Origin: Bispira polyomma
Lineage: Eukaryota
Reading direction: 5' to 3'
DNA: 64,000 nt
NCBI GenBank assembly: GCA_965649765.1
Contig: OZ287749.1
Span: 10,354,001-10,418,000 of the forward strand
The position numbers and the translations under genes were made by a program. Shown here in pieces: positions 39,201 to 47,117 of this stretch. Position 1 is the stretch's first letter. The number at the start of each line of letters is the position of its first letter. The notes under the pieces were generated by a model, which searched no databases, had not been told where the DNA came from, and was given only the letters and a program-made list of their open reading frames with translations.

Positions 39201-42200
39201 CTCTGGCGGTGTCCATGCCCGCTCTCTTTAACATCGGACTGCTCCTTGTCATGGTCATGTTCATCTACGCCATCTTCGGCATGAGCTTCTTCCTCCATGT
39301 CAAACACTTTGAAGGGGTGGACGATCAGTTTAACTTTGAGACATTCGCCCGCAGCATGATCGTCCTGTTCCAGATCTGCACCTCGGCTGGTTGGCACAGT
39401 ATCTTGGCGGGCCTGATGAATGAAAAGGACTGCGAACCGGAGGACAAGGATGCCGGGATCCCCTCGAATTGCGGGAACTATGGCATGGCCATTTTGTATT
39501 TGGTCACCTACCTGGTGGCCAGCTTCTTGGTGGTCATCAACATGTACATCGCTGTGATTTTAGAGAACTTTAGTCAGGCCACGGAGGACGTCCAGCAGGG
39601 GCTGACCCAGGACGACTTTGACATGTACTACGAAGTATGGGAGAAGTTCGACGAGAAGGCCACCCAGTACATCCCGCTGGAGAAGCTGGCCGAGTTCGTG
39701 GACACACTGGAGGAGCCGCTGAGAATTGCCGCGCCCAACCTCTACAAGCTCATCTCCCTGGACATTGTGATCTGCGAGGACGACCGTGTACACTGTGTGG
39801 ACATTCTGGATGCCCTTACCAAGCACTTCCTAGGGACTGGCGGGGACACTGGTACTGACACCCTTACAGGGCCCACCCGCAAGGACTACGTCCCTGTCTG
39901 CACTTTGCTCAAACGGCAGCGCGAGATCGTGTGTGCGCGCATCATACAGCGCATGTGGAAGAACCATGTGAGGATCCGGCGGGAGCAGCGGCGACAGCAG
40001 GCGGAGGAGCGGGGCCCGATTGAGAGCATCCTAGAGGAGGAGGAAGAAGGGGAGGTGGGGGGTGAAGGTGCCATCAGTGACTCAGAGACAGCTGTAGAAT
40101 TACACGCAGATAGCCAAGTGGTCGCCTAGGGCCTAGGGAAGGAGAAGAAGGAGCGCCGCCACTTATAACTATCTCTACTACCTACTATCATGAAGAAGCT
40201 CAATTTTAGTCATTTCATATATATTTTATCTTATTATTATTATAACTATGTTTTCCATTTTTGATGCCAAAAACAGCAGACCAAACGGAGACGTTTCCGG
40301 AACGATAACATCCATTAAACACCGTCCGGAAATGAACGCACCAGGGATCCTTACCTTTGCATTACTTTCTACTACGTCTGTACTAGGTTTCTAAACAATT
40401 GAAAACGTCACACACACATAGCTCCAACACGTGTAGGTGTGACTGGACTATTATAGAGCTAGGTTATACATTGGTTACATACCTAGGTTATATATTGGTT
40501 ACATTTTGTACAGAAGCATTTATACAGCCATTGATCTATCATCCATAGCCTTGGTCATCATCAATAGTCAAATGGCGTGTCCCCACCTTGTCCAAGGATG
40601 TTATCACCCAGTGAACCTTGTGGCATGTGGGATTCGAACCAGGCCATGGGAGACCACAAAACTAGGTCATGTACTGGTTGCACTTATTTCCATTTTATAA
40701 CCATATCATTACCACACACTCCCATCACATTTATTAATCTTTGTAATCTTATTTTAGCTCTGCCTCTTGACGACCTTATCAAGGACATCTAATAATCTCT
40801 GTAATACTGTCTATTTTCAGCCCTGGCTCTTGACGACTTTATCAAGGACACCCATTTATCTCTGTAATGCTGTCTGTTTTCAGCTCTTGCCCTTGACGAC
40901 CTAATCAAGGACATCCATTAATCTCTGTAATACCGTCTGTTTTGAGCTCTTGTCCTTGACGACCTTATCAAGGACATCCATTAATCTCTGTAATACCATC
41001 TGTTTTCAGCTCTTGCCCTTAATGCCCTGATCAAGGACATCCATTAATCTCTGTAATACCGTCTGTTTTCAGCTCTTGTCCTTGACGACCTTATCAAGGA
41101 CATCCATTACTTTCTGTAATACCATCTGTTTTTAGCTCTTGCCCTTAACGACCTTATCAAGGACATCCATAACTCTCTGTAATACCGTCTCTGTTTTCAG
41201 CTCTTGACCTTGACGACCTTCTCAAGGACAACCATTAATCCCCATAATACCATCTGTTTTTAGCTATTGCCCTTAACGACATTATCAAGGACCTGTTTGT
41301 GTCTCCCACCTTGCTGCGTGTGGTGCGTGTGTTCCGTGTGGGGCGTGTCCTCCGCCTGGTGAAGTCCGCCAAAGGGATCAGGACGCTGCTCTTCTCTCTG
41401 GCGGTGTCCATGCCCGCCCTCTTTAACATCGGACTGCTCCTCGTCATGGTCATGTTCATCTATGCCATCTTCGGCATGAGCTTCTTTCTCCATGTCAAAC
41501 ACTTTGAAGGGCTAGATGATCAGTTTAACTTTGAGACATTCGCCCGCAGCATGATCGTCCTGTTCCAGATCTGCACCTCAGCTGGTTGGAACAGTATCTT
41601 GGCGGGCCTGATGAATGAGAAGGACTGCGAACCGGAGGACAAGGATGCCGGGATCCCCTCGAACTGCGGGAACTATGGCATGGCCATTTTATACTTGGTC
41701 ACCTACCTGGTGGCCAGCTTCCTGGTGGTCATCAACATGTACATCGCTGTGATTTTAGAGAACTTTAGTCAGGCCACGGAGGACGTCCAGCAGGGGCTGA
41801 CCCAGGACGACTTTGACATGTACTACGAGGTGTGGGAGAAGTTCGACGAAAAGGCCACCCAGTACATCCCGCTGGAGAAGCTGGCCGAGTTCGTGGACAC
41901 ACTGGAGGAGCCGCTGAGAATTGCTGCGCCCAACCTCTACAAGCTCATCTCCTTGGACATTGTGATCTGCGAGGACGACCGTGTACACTGTGTGGACATT
42001 CTGGACGCCCTTACCAAGCACTTCCTAGGGACTGGCGGGGACACTGGTACTGACACCCTGACAGGGCCCACCCGCAAGGACTACGTCCCCGTCTGCACTT
42101 TGCTCAAACGGCAGCGCGAGATCGTGTGCGCGCGCGTCATACAGCGTACTTGGAAGAATCATGTGAGGATCCGGCGGGAGCAGCGGCGACAGCAGGCGGA

Positions 42201-42321
42201 GGAGCGGGGCCCGATCGAGAGCATCCTAGAGGAGGAGGAAGGGGAGGTGGGGGGTGAAGGTGCCATCAGTGACTCAGAGACAGCTGTAGAACTACACGCA
42301 GATAGCCAAGTGGTCGCCTAG
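77..42321 (+). CDS. para: Voltage-gated sodium channel alpha subunit Nav1 (para/SCN orthologue), multi-exon, 5' part lies upstream of window
   Basis: Exons join in frame. P-loops TQDFWE (DI), CGEWIE (DII), TFKGW (DIII), TSAGW (DIV) give the DEKA filter. S4 repeats [31 protein letters not shown] and [16 protein letters not shown]. Linker [22 protein letters not shown]; EF-hand-like and IQ C-terminus. Confidence 0.97.
775..895 (+). repeat. Acceptor-containing tandem repeat (tttcag|attatcc...agggt x3)
   Basis: Direct inspection. Confidence 0.85.
878..1036 (+). CDS. para: Nav1 exon: IS6 (IIRAQGPFH...[19 protein letters not shown]...EAE)
   Basis: tttcag acceptor, GAG|gtaggt donor, 159 nt. Confidence 0.95.
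1025..1425 (+). repeat. Donor-containing degenerate repeat (ggaggctgag|gtaggtcatgtgac)
   Basis: Direct inspection. Confidence 0.8.
1795..1979. mobile_element. Tc1/mariner-pogo-like MITE (TA TSD); related ends near 11041, 21636, 46755
   Basis: TIR ca(g/a)tagaacct ... aggttctactg flanked by TA. Confidence 0.7.
2305..2487 (+). CDS. para: Nav1 exon: I-II linker (VEERRLMEQ...HMGKK)
   Basis: ccag acceptor, AAG|gtgact donor, open phase 0-0. Confidence 0.8.
2977..3489 (+). CDS. para: Nav1 exon: I-II linker ([10 protein letters not shown]...[11 protein letters not shown]...SDDN)
   Basis: SLSLPGSPF and PYADDS motifs typical of invertebrate Nav1; ttccag / AAC|gtaagt. Confidence 0.92.
3470..4150 (+). 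repeat. Donor-containing ~60-bp repeat (tcagacgataac|gtaagtatatc)
   Basis: Direct inspection. Confidence 0.85.
4998..5220 (+). mobile_element. Diverged SINE related to the 13609 element
   Basis: ctagtggttag...gcttcacaatcac...ggttggaatcc shared with 13609 copy. Confidence 0.7.
5722..5824 (+). CDS. para: Nav1 exon: I-II linker (ESSSS...DNPFI...LDIR)
   Basis: ttctag / G|gtgagt; DNPFI motif; frame continuity. Confidence 0.85.
6079..6123 (+). CDS. para: Nav1 exon, 45 nt ([15 protein letters not shown])
   Basis: Strong tttttcag acceptor, gtaagt donor, phase 1-1; resembles para DVMVLNDIIEQAAGR. Confidence 0.85.
6355..6434 (+). CDS. para: Nav1 exon (SCYSDQPH...LLFGWE)
   Basis: ttttatag / GAG|gtaagt; restores phase 1->0 and gives WE|CSPCW (cf. 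WDCSPYW). Confidence 0.8.
7760..8225 (-). mobile_element. Degenerate non-LTR retrotransposon (LINE) ORF2 3' fragment
   Basis: Minus strand reads [15 protein letters not shown]...LQLLQN*CLRIIT...[10 protein letters not shown], typical of the post-RT region, with an internal stop. Confidence 0.7.
8790..9390 (+). repeat. Acceptor-containing ~39-bp minisatellite (ttttgtgttttag|tgctccccttgctga); older copies at 6490-6760
   Basis: About 15 units. Confidence 0.92.
9374..9541 (+). CDS. para: Nav1 exon: IIS1 (CSPCW...[20 protein letters not shown]...GNY)
   Basis: ttttag / TAT|gtgagt, 168 nt. Confidence 0.93.
9833..10006 (+). CDS. para: Nav1 exon: IIS2-S4
   Basis: 174 nt, VFTAIFTLE...WNCFD...LRSFRL. 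Confidence 0.96.
10408..10768 (+). mobile_element. tRNA-derived SINE (second family) ending at a splice acceptor
   Basis: gtggcctagtggttaa head, gttcaatcc B box, central cccttggacaagg...cccaggtgtataaataggtacc, (acattt)n tail. Confidence 0.7.
10772..10962 (+). CDS. para: Nav1 exon: IIS4-S5 ([34 protein letters not shown]...VPR)
   Basis: tttag / AG|gtaggt. Confidence 0.96.
11615..11768 (+). CDS. para: Nav1 exon: DII P-loop and IIS6 start ([15 protein letters not shown]...GNLV)
   Basis: ccag / GTG|gtaagt. Confidence 0.96.
11810..12070 (+). repeat. 24-bp minisatellite abutting an acceptor
   Basis: ctcctataccctgttctataacaa. Confidence 0.9.
12085..12243 (+). CDS. para: Nav1 exon: IIS6 end ([13 protein letters not shown]...YCIK)
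   Basis: ccag / AAG|gtaagt. Confidence 0.95.
12773..12899 (+). CDS. para: Nav1 exon: II-III linker (VRLRRLP...SPLGT)
   Basis: gtatag / CAG|gtaagt, open frame phase 0->1. Confidence 0.8.
13198..13269 (+). CDS. para: Putative optional Nav1 cassette exon, 72 nt ([24 protein letters not shown])
   Basis: ttttcaag / ATG|gtatgt; symmetric phase 1-1, no stop; TGCATG motifs on both sides. Confidence 0.5.
13609..13855 (+). mobile_element. tRNA-derived SINE with 14-bp target-site duplication
   Basis: A box TGGCCTAGTGG, B box GAGTTCGAATCC, (AAATTC)n tail, TSD accatcaactgagt at 13595-13608 and 13856-13869. Confidence 0.9.
15590..15615 (+). CDS. para: Nav1 26-nt microexon (DVTDDPGNQ)
   Basis: ctctttttcag / CAG|gtaaag; converts phase 1 to phase 0 as needed for the next exon. 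Confidence 0.78.
16242..16418 (+). CDS. para: Nav1 exon: II-III linker (TDHHSHSS...PEIND)
   Basis: ttttag / GAT|gtgagt, open 177 nt. Confidence 0.85.
16430..16680 (+). repeat. 33-bp minisatellite abutting a donor
   Basis: gtttacagtggtacatgt core. Confidence 0.9.
16813..17013 (+). CDS. para: Nav1 exon: IIIS1 (PDEC...[21 protein letters not shown])
   Basis: ttcag / CTG|gtaagt. Confidence 0.95.
17533..17706 (+). CDS. para: Nav1 exon: IIIS2-S3 (AAEDV...[15 protein letters not shown])
   Basis: 174 nt, gtag / GCT|gtaagt. Confidence 0.96.
18891..19126 (+). CDS. para: Nav1 exon: IIIS4-S5
   Basis: [26 protein letters not shown]; cctag / AG|gtgagt. Confidence 0.96.
19120..19440 (+). repeat. Donor-containing 46/34-bp minisatellite (caggaag|gtgagtggtgccgcctagtgg)
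   Basis: About 8 units. Confidence 0.92.
19694..19856 (+). CDS. para: Nav1 exon: DIII extracellular loop to P1 helix ([16 protein letters not shown])
   Basis: gacag / GTG|gtaagt. Confidence 0.95.
19900..20580 (+). repeat. Two adjacent minisatellites (29-bp tagtacaactact...; ttcatgtgacctt-based)
   Basis: Direct inspection. Confidence 0.85.
22365..22418 (+). CDS. para: Nav1 DIII P-loop alternative exon A ([18 protein letters not shown])
   Basis: cttttcttacag acceptor, GGG|gtaggc donor, 54 nt phase 0-0. Confidence 0.9.
25720..25773 (+). CDS. para: Nav1 DIII P-loop alternative exon B ([18 protein letters not shown])
   Basis: Long pyrimidine tract + ctag, GAC|gtgagt donor, 54 nt phase 0-0. Confidence 0.9.
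26069..26125 (+). CDS. para: Nav1 DIII P-loop alternative exon C ([19 protein letters not shown])
   Basis: tttgtag acceptor, GAG|gtgagt donor, 57 nt phase 0-0. Confidence 0.9.
26358..27350 (+). repeat. 44-bp minisatellite, about 22 units, most containing donor-like CAG|GTGAGA
   Basis: acaggtgagatagtgaccactaaagtggacagttgtacatcctg. Confidence 0.93.
28179..28316 (+). CDS. para: Nav1 exon: IIIS6 (VEQQP...[21 protein letters not shown]), followed by AT donor
   Basis: ccag acceptor; AAG|ataagt; 138 nt. Confidence 0.93.
28317..35015 (+). other. Non-canonical AT-AC intron in the III-IV linker
   Basis: 5' ATAAGT, 3' ttttttAC; joining yields QKKK|[10 protein letters not shown], the conserved invertebrate sequence. 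Confidence 0.88.
28353..28600. mobile_element. MITE family with GGGCC(C)GTATTC TIRs; relatives about 15915-16028, 20880-21125, 14867-15042
   Basis: ctgggcccgtattctcaaaagtatactcag ... ctgagtatacgttcgagaataccagccc inverted ends. Confidence 0.7.
35016..35123 (+). CDS. para: Nav1 exon: inactivation gate ([36 protein letters not shown])
   Basis: MFMT motif; AAG|gtaagt. Confidence 0.95.
35105..35925 (+). repeat. Donor-containing 31-bp minisatellite (aacccatccctaaacccaag|gtaag), about 26 units
   Basis: First unit is the exon end. Confidence 0.93.
36352..36622 (+). CDS. para: Nav1 exon: IVS1-S3
   Basis: 271 nt; ttgtag / G|gtgagt; [14 protein letters not shown]. Confidence 0.96.
36635..37650 (+). 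repeat. 13-bp (gacataactaggt) and 24-bp (gctaggttatacattggttata) minisatellites
   Basis: Direct inspection. Confidence 0.9.
36789..37111 (+). pseudogene. Intronic fragment copy of Nav1 terminal exon (YIPLEKL...RREQR)
   Basis: Near-identical to 39668-39995; no splice sites at its ends; several missense changes and a 6-nt deletion; embedded in a 13-bp minisatellite. Confidence 0.9.
37651..38210. mobile_element. MITE with about 24-bp TIRs and TTA TSD (PIF/Harbinger-like)
   Basis: agcccagtcacacctacacatgct ... agcacgtgtaggtgtgactggact; removing it restores the host repeat cattggTTAtagagct. Confidence 0.85.
38500..39098 (+). repeat. Acceptor-containing ~62-bp minisatellite before terminal exon (second array 40740-41293)
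   Basis: ttttcag|ctcttgcccttgacgaccttatcaaggac. Confidence 0.93.
39069..40129 (+). CDS. para: Nav1 terminal exon copy 1 (IVS4-S6, P-loop [10 protein letters not shown]-terminus)
   Basis: tttttag acceptor, phase 1, intact ORF to TAG. Confidence 0.93.
41264..42321 (+). CDS. para: Nav1 terminal exon copy 2 (P-loop TSAGWNSIL)
   Basis: tttttag acceptor, intact ORF to TAG; followed by the full AT-rich 3' UTR. Confidence 0.9.
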
Positions 42322-45300
42322 GGCCTAGGGAAGGAGAAGAAGGAGCGCCACCACTTATAACTATCTTTACTACCTACTATCATGAAGAAGCTCAATTTTA
42401 GTCATTTCATATATATTTTGTCTTATTATTATTATAACTATGTTTTCCATTTTTGATGCCAAAAACTGCATTTTTTTTAATATATATTATATATATATAT
42501 ATATATAATTGTGTACAATTTCTATGTGTGGAAGTTTTGCTTTGTTGCTTTAATAACCAACTGTGTGAATGTGTTTCTAGACTTTTTTTGGTTTTTTTTG
42601 CTAAAAAAAAACAACTTCTCCTCTCTTAACTACTAAGTAGAGAGCATTGTTGCTATGTGTGTTATGTGTATATTCAATTTGTCCATTTCAATGTGTACTC
42701 TTTATATGAATCAATACTCATTTTTACCAGGCCCACTCTTGATAGTGGGGACCCTGGAATCACGCTACAAAAACTGTTGCTTTTGATGTCAAATCCACGT
42801 ATGTACGTCTCTGCGGCAGAAAAAACCACCACTTTATATAAGACATATGCAAAAGAAATTGGTGATGGTGATTATAAGGTATTATTCAGGTGTGTGTGTT
42901 TAGAGGAAGATAAGAAAATCTCTACTCTTTGTATTAAACAGTATTGCACTCTTTTGTTAGATATTATCTGCAGAACTTTAGAACTTTCAGAGACATTTTT
43001 TTTTCTTGTTGGGCAGTCTGTGTTATAACATTTGGAGACATTTGAGCTGTTTTCAAACATTTGTTGTACAACTTGAGGTACTTACACTGCAAAAAATAAA
43101 CAAGGCCTAGCAAAAGCAACACTTTTTTAGTTTCTACTTGGTATTTACAATAAAGATTAAAACAAAAAACAAAAAAAAAACATGCAGTTTCCTTCAAGCA
43201 GCAAACTATTAAGAGTATTGTGCGTTTCTTGACCAGTATTTATGTAATACTGTTAAATGTACTTATTTTTCACTGATATTACGTCAGTTGTCATCATTTC
43301 TGATTTTATTGATTTTTTAACATTGGTGAATGGACTTCCTAGTAACAGTGTGTCCTCAAGATAATGTCTGAATCTGTGGGAAGCTGTTTTCTTACGTTTA
43401 GTCTATATGTAGGGCATGATCAGTAGATTCGGCAATTTTTTGGGGGTGAGGTTACATCCATTGTATTGGGAGTTGTAAAGGTTTCATTACAAATTAATTC
43501 ATTTTTTGTACAGATTGTTTAAATGTCAAATATATCAATAACTATTGGGTTTAGAGACTTGGAATGTATTGTGAGGGTCAGGTCAGGCAATCTGATGCAT
43601 TGGTCAGATTTGAACTACAACCATAGGTTCAGGGGCAAACTGGGGTCATAAAGGTCAATTTCCAGTATTTTGTGTCCTATCTGAAAAAAATATTACTTGC
43701 AATGCCACCAGAATATCTAGTCTAACTTTGTATGGCTCAACAATCTTACCCAGTTAGGGTTTGAACCATACAATGCTTTTCAAGGTCACTCTGGGCCAAA
43801 CGGTAAATGTTCATGTTTTTGCCTTCTATCTTATCAACTGTTGAGTTTAGAGTTAGAATGTATTGTGAGCCTATAGGAAACCAGGGTCAGGCAATCTGAT
43901 GCACTGGTCAGATTCGACCTACAACCTTGGGTTTAAGGCCAGACTCGGGTCATAAAGGTCAATTTACACTCTTTCGTGTTGTATAAGTATTTCTTAAAAT
44001 GCCACCAAACTTACTAGTATATCTTGTGTGTGAGATAGAGCGAGTATATGGCAAATTTTTAGAACGTTTGGCGACCATCTTGCATTTCTCATTTAGATTC
44101 ATTAATCACTAATCAAAACCACCCATTTGGTCAGCTGACACTGTGGTCCCATGAGCCTCTCCACTCTGATCTTGTTTTGCTTAAAATGCACAAAACTTGG
44201 TGGAATATGAATGCTTCAAAATAATTATGTGGTCCCAAAATTGGATGTTTCTGTTTAGTCAGAAACTAAAAACAAATTTGTCTCGACCCAAACCTTAACA
44301 CCCAAACCTTACAAGCAGTACAATTCTTCCTGGTCAAAATGTATTATCTTCCCTCAATTTTCCCTTCATAATCGACTGCACTTTACTCCCATAAAGATTA
44401 TCCACATTAAGTATGAGGTGAAGGACCAAGACCTCATAGGCCAGATAAACACAGCAAATATATGCTAGATGTAGTGATTTTTCTCTCCGAGTCCATTAGT
44501 CTGGTATGATGTTTTATAAACTATTTACGAGCAGAGGCCTATATGGCCTTTTAACGAGTAGAGCTGACACTTGTGTATTACGCTCTGCATAAAACCACTT
44601 GTAGTCGATCCAAAACAAACACTCCCCACCAAGAACTGTTGTCAGAGGTCCTACAATTGTCCCCATTCAACCATATAGTAGATATTTATAGGATGCTACA
44701 GTAGCTGGTCACAAGTCTGTTGACTCATCCCATAACAGTATCTGAGTTTGTCTGGGAATTCAGAGCACCAATTAATTACCTTTTTCCGCTATCTACATAT
44801 GTAGTACTAGTAACTGCCATCTACATAATGTGGTACCAGTAACTGTCACTGACTGGTGGGAGTATCACCAGGGACCAAGGGACTAAAATTGCCCTTTACA
44901 GTTTGTATATACCCATGTCTCCATTGACCTTGCCCATTACCCAATTTATATATACCATGCTATCCATTTGACCTTGCCTTTTACATTTTGTATATACCTA
45001 TGTAATCCACTGACCTTGCTGGTTACATTTTGGATACACCCATATAATACATTGACCTTGTCCTTTACATGTTGTGTATACCCATGTGATCCATTGACCT
45101 TCCACTTTTTAACTGTTTGTATATACCCATTGAATCCATTGACTTTGCCCTTGACATGTTGCATATAGCCATGTAACCCATCCAATGTATTGGCATTGTG
45201 AGGTCCACTTTTGTGGTTTCCATCTTGACGCTGCAGTCTTAAGCAGCTGTTTAGGTTTGGTAGTCAGTTGTTGACCTGTAAAATTTGTGTGTTGTAAGTG

Positions 45301-45951
45301 GTCAGTACAGTTTGGTATTTGGTGGGTTTACAGGACCAATTTTAACCATGGGTCTCTCAATAAAGAGGGATTCGACCCCAATGAGATGTGTAAACAACGG
45401 AAATAGCTTGGCTCTGCTGTAAACTTATAAAGAAGCTTGCTACTACTGGGATTTTGTCAGAGGACTTGAGATTAATTGTCCAGTACACTAACAGTTGAGC
45501 TAAAGGTGAAATCCTAGAAGCCAGAGTGTTTAATGCACTGATACACACATATATGACATGCCTCTCTCGCACGAGGACCTGACTTTAGGTCTTATACAAC
45601 TACCACATTAACTCTACTATGTTAACTCGCTTGGCTTTATGAGAGGGGGGATCTTGCCACTAAACTTCATCATGTGAACAACAAAAATAGCTGGGCTCTA
45701 CTGTAAACTTATAAAAGAGGCTTGCTACTGCTGGGATTTGATAAGTGGACTTTCGAGATCTTCAGGTTAATAGTCCAGTGCACTAACAGTTGAGCTAAAT
45801 GAGATACCACAGAAGCCTGTGTGTTTAATGCACTGATATACATGGATATTACAGATGTCGGGACCAACCGGCTAGTTCACTGCACAACAGCAAATTGTTT
45901 AAGACAGGTGAAACCATCCAAAGAGAATACACAAGTCAAACAAAACAATAC

Positions 45952-45957
45952 TTTATT
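45952..45957 (-). terminator. Probable AREL1 polyadenylation signal AATAAA
   Basis: tttatt on plus strand, with a GT-rich tract downstream on minus, about 1.06 kb after the stop. Confidence 0.55.
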
Positions 45958-47014
45958 TGACCTAATATAATAACATAACTAGGATATCACAGTTTGTGCT
46001 ACAACTACCACAAATATAAGTCCACATTTAACAGAAATAGCTGCATAATTTCAGGCTGGAACTGTTTAGTTATTAGAACATGTATCTCATACTATAGTAA
46101 GGAATCTAAAATTCACCACTGTAATCTGCAATTCGTCACCTAGACAAAGTTTTGCTTTTGGTAGAATTGTGGATAATATTTGCAGAATTTAGATTTTTGT
46201 GACTATTTTGCCTTACTAACCTAAATTTCCCTATTTTTTATTGATTCTATTTTGCCTTACTAACCTAAATTCCACTAATTTTTTATTGATTTGGCTAAAA
46301 TTTTAGGGGGTGGCGAATTTCATATACAGTTGCGAATTTTAGATTTTTGTGACCATTTTGCCTTACTAACCTAAATTCCACTTATTTTTTATTGATTCTA
46401 TTTTGTCTTACTAACCTAAATTCTGCTTTTTATTTATTGATTTGGCTAAAATTTTAGGGGGTGGCGAAGTTCAGATACAGTCGTGAATTTTAGATTCCTT
46501 ACTCTACCTTCTACAAGATGACGGCTTTAATGGGTCCAGTAAAGAGAACATTTTGATTACAGCTTATTACAGGCAATATTATATATCAAAATCATTGTAA
46601 ATACGGTGGAACGGCTGAACACAGTCAGGCTTTGTAAACATCTCTATAACTGTGTGACATGTGACATTCTGTACTGTTTGGTATCTAGTATTTGGGCTAC
46701 ATTTAATCACATCCACAACAAATTAGTCTATGTGGAGTCACTATGGCAATCTATACAGTAGAACCTCTATTATCCAAACTTCTGTTATCTGAATTTTTGA
46801 TTTTGTCAACATATTTTCACTCTCCCAAATGTAGGCTTTCCCATTGCCCATTACGAACCTTCTATTATCCGAACCCAAACCTTGCTCTCCCAAGGGGGGC
46901 CAGTATCCCGGATTTGAAACGATTTTTGACAAGCAATATCTCGGACACAAATTTTCGGTACCATCCCACCCCTAATATTTAAAAATGCCAGCCAATGACA
47001 TCAGAGTACACAGG

Positions 47015-47117
47015 TTACAGCAGTCCAAATCCTTGGTTCCCCTCATTAATGGCGGTGACTAAAGCTCTGTGCATGTCATTCAGAGAGGCGAATTCTGGTA
47101 GGCAGAGCTCATTGAAA
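47015..47117 (-). CDS. AREL1: AREL1 last coding exon (FNELCLP...EGNQGFGLL*)
   Basis: Phe near the C-terminus as in HECT ligases, TAA stop. Confidence 0.93.

Larger units (their letters stand above)
38035..42466 (+). repeat. Tandem segmental duplication, units 38035-40274 and 40275-42466
   Basis: Both units begin agcagaccaaacggagacg and end ttttgatgccaaaaac. Confidence 0.93.

Noticed and set aside
41264-42321. Second independent sodium-channel gene
   Set aside because: Only the last exon is duplicated; no upstream exons, start or promoter, so it can function only as an alternative terminal exon.
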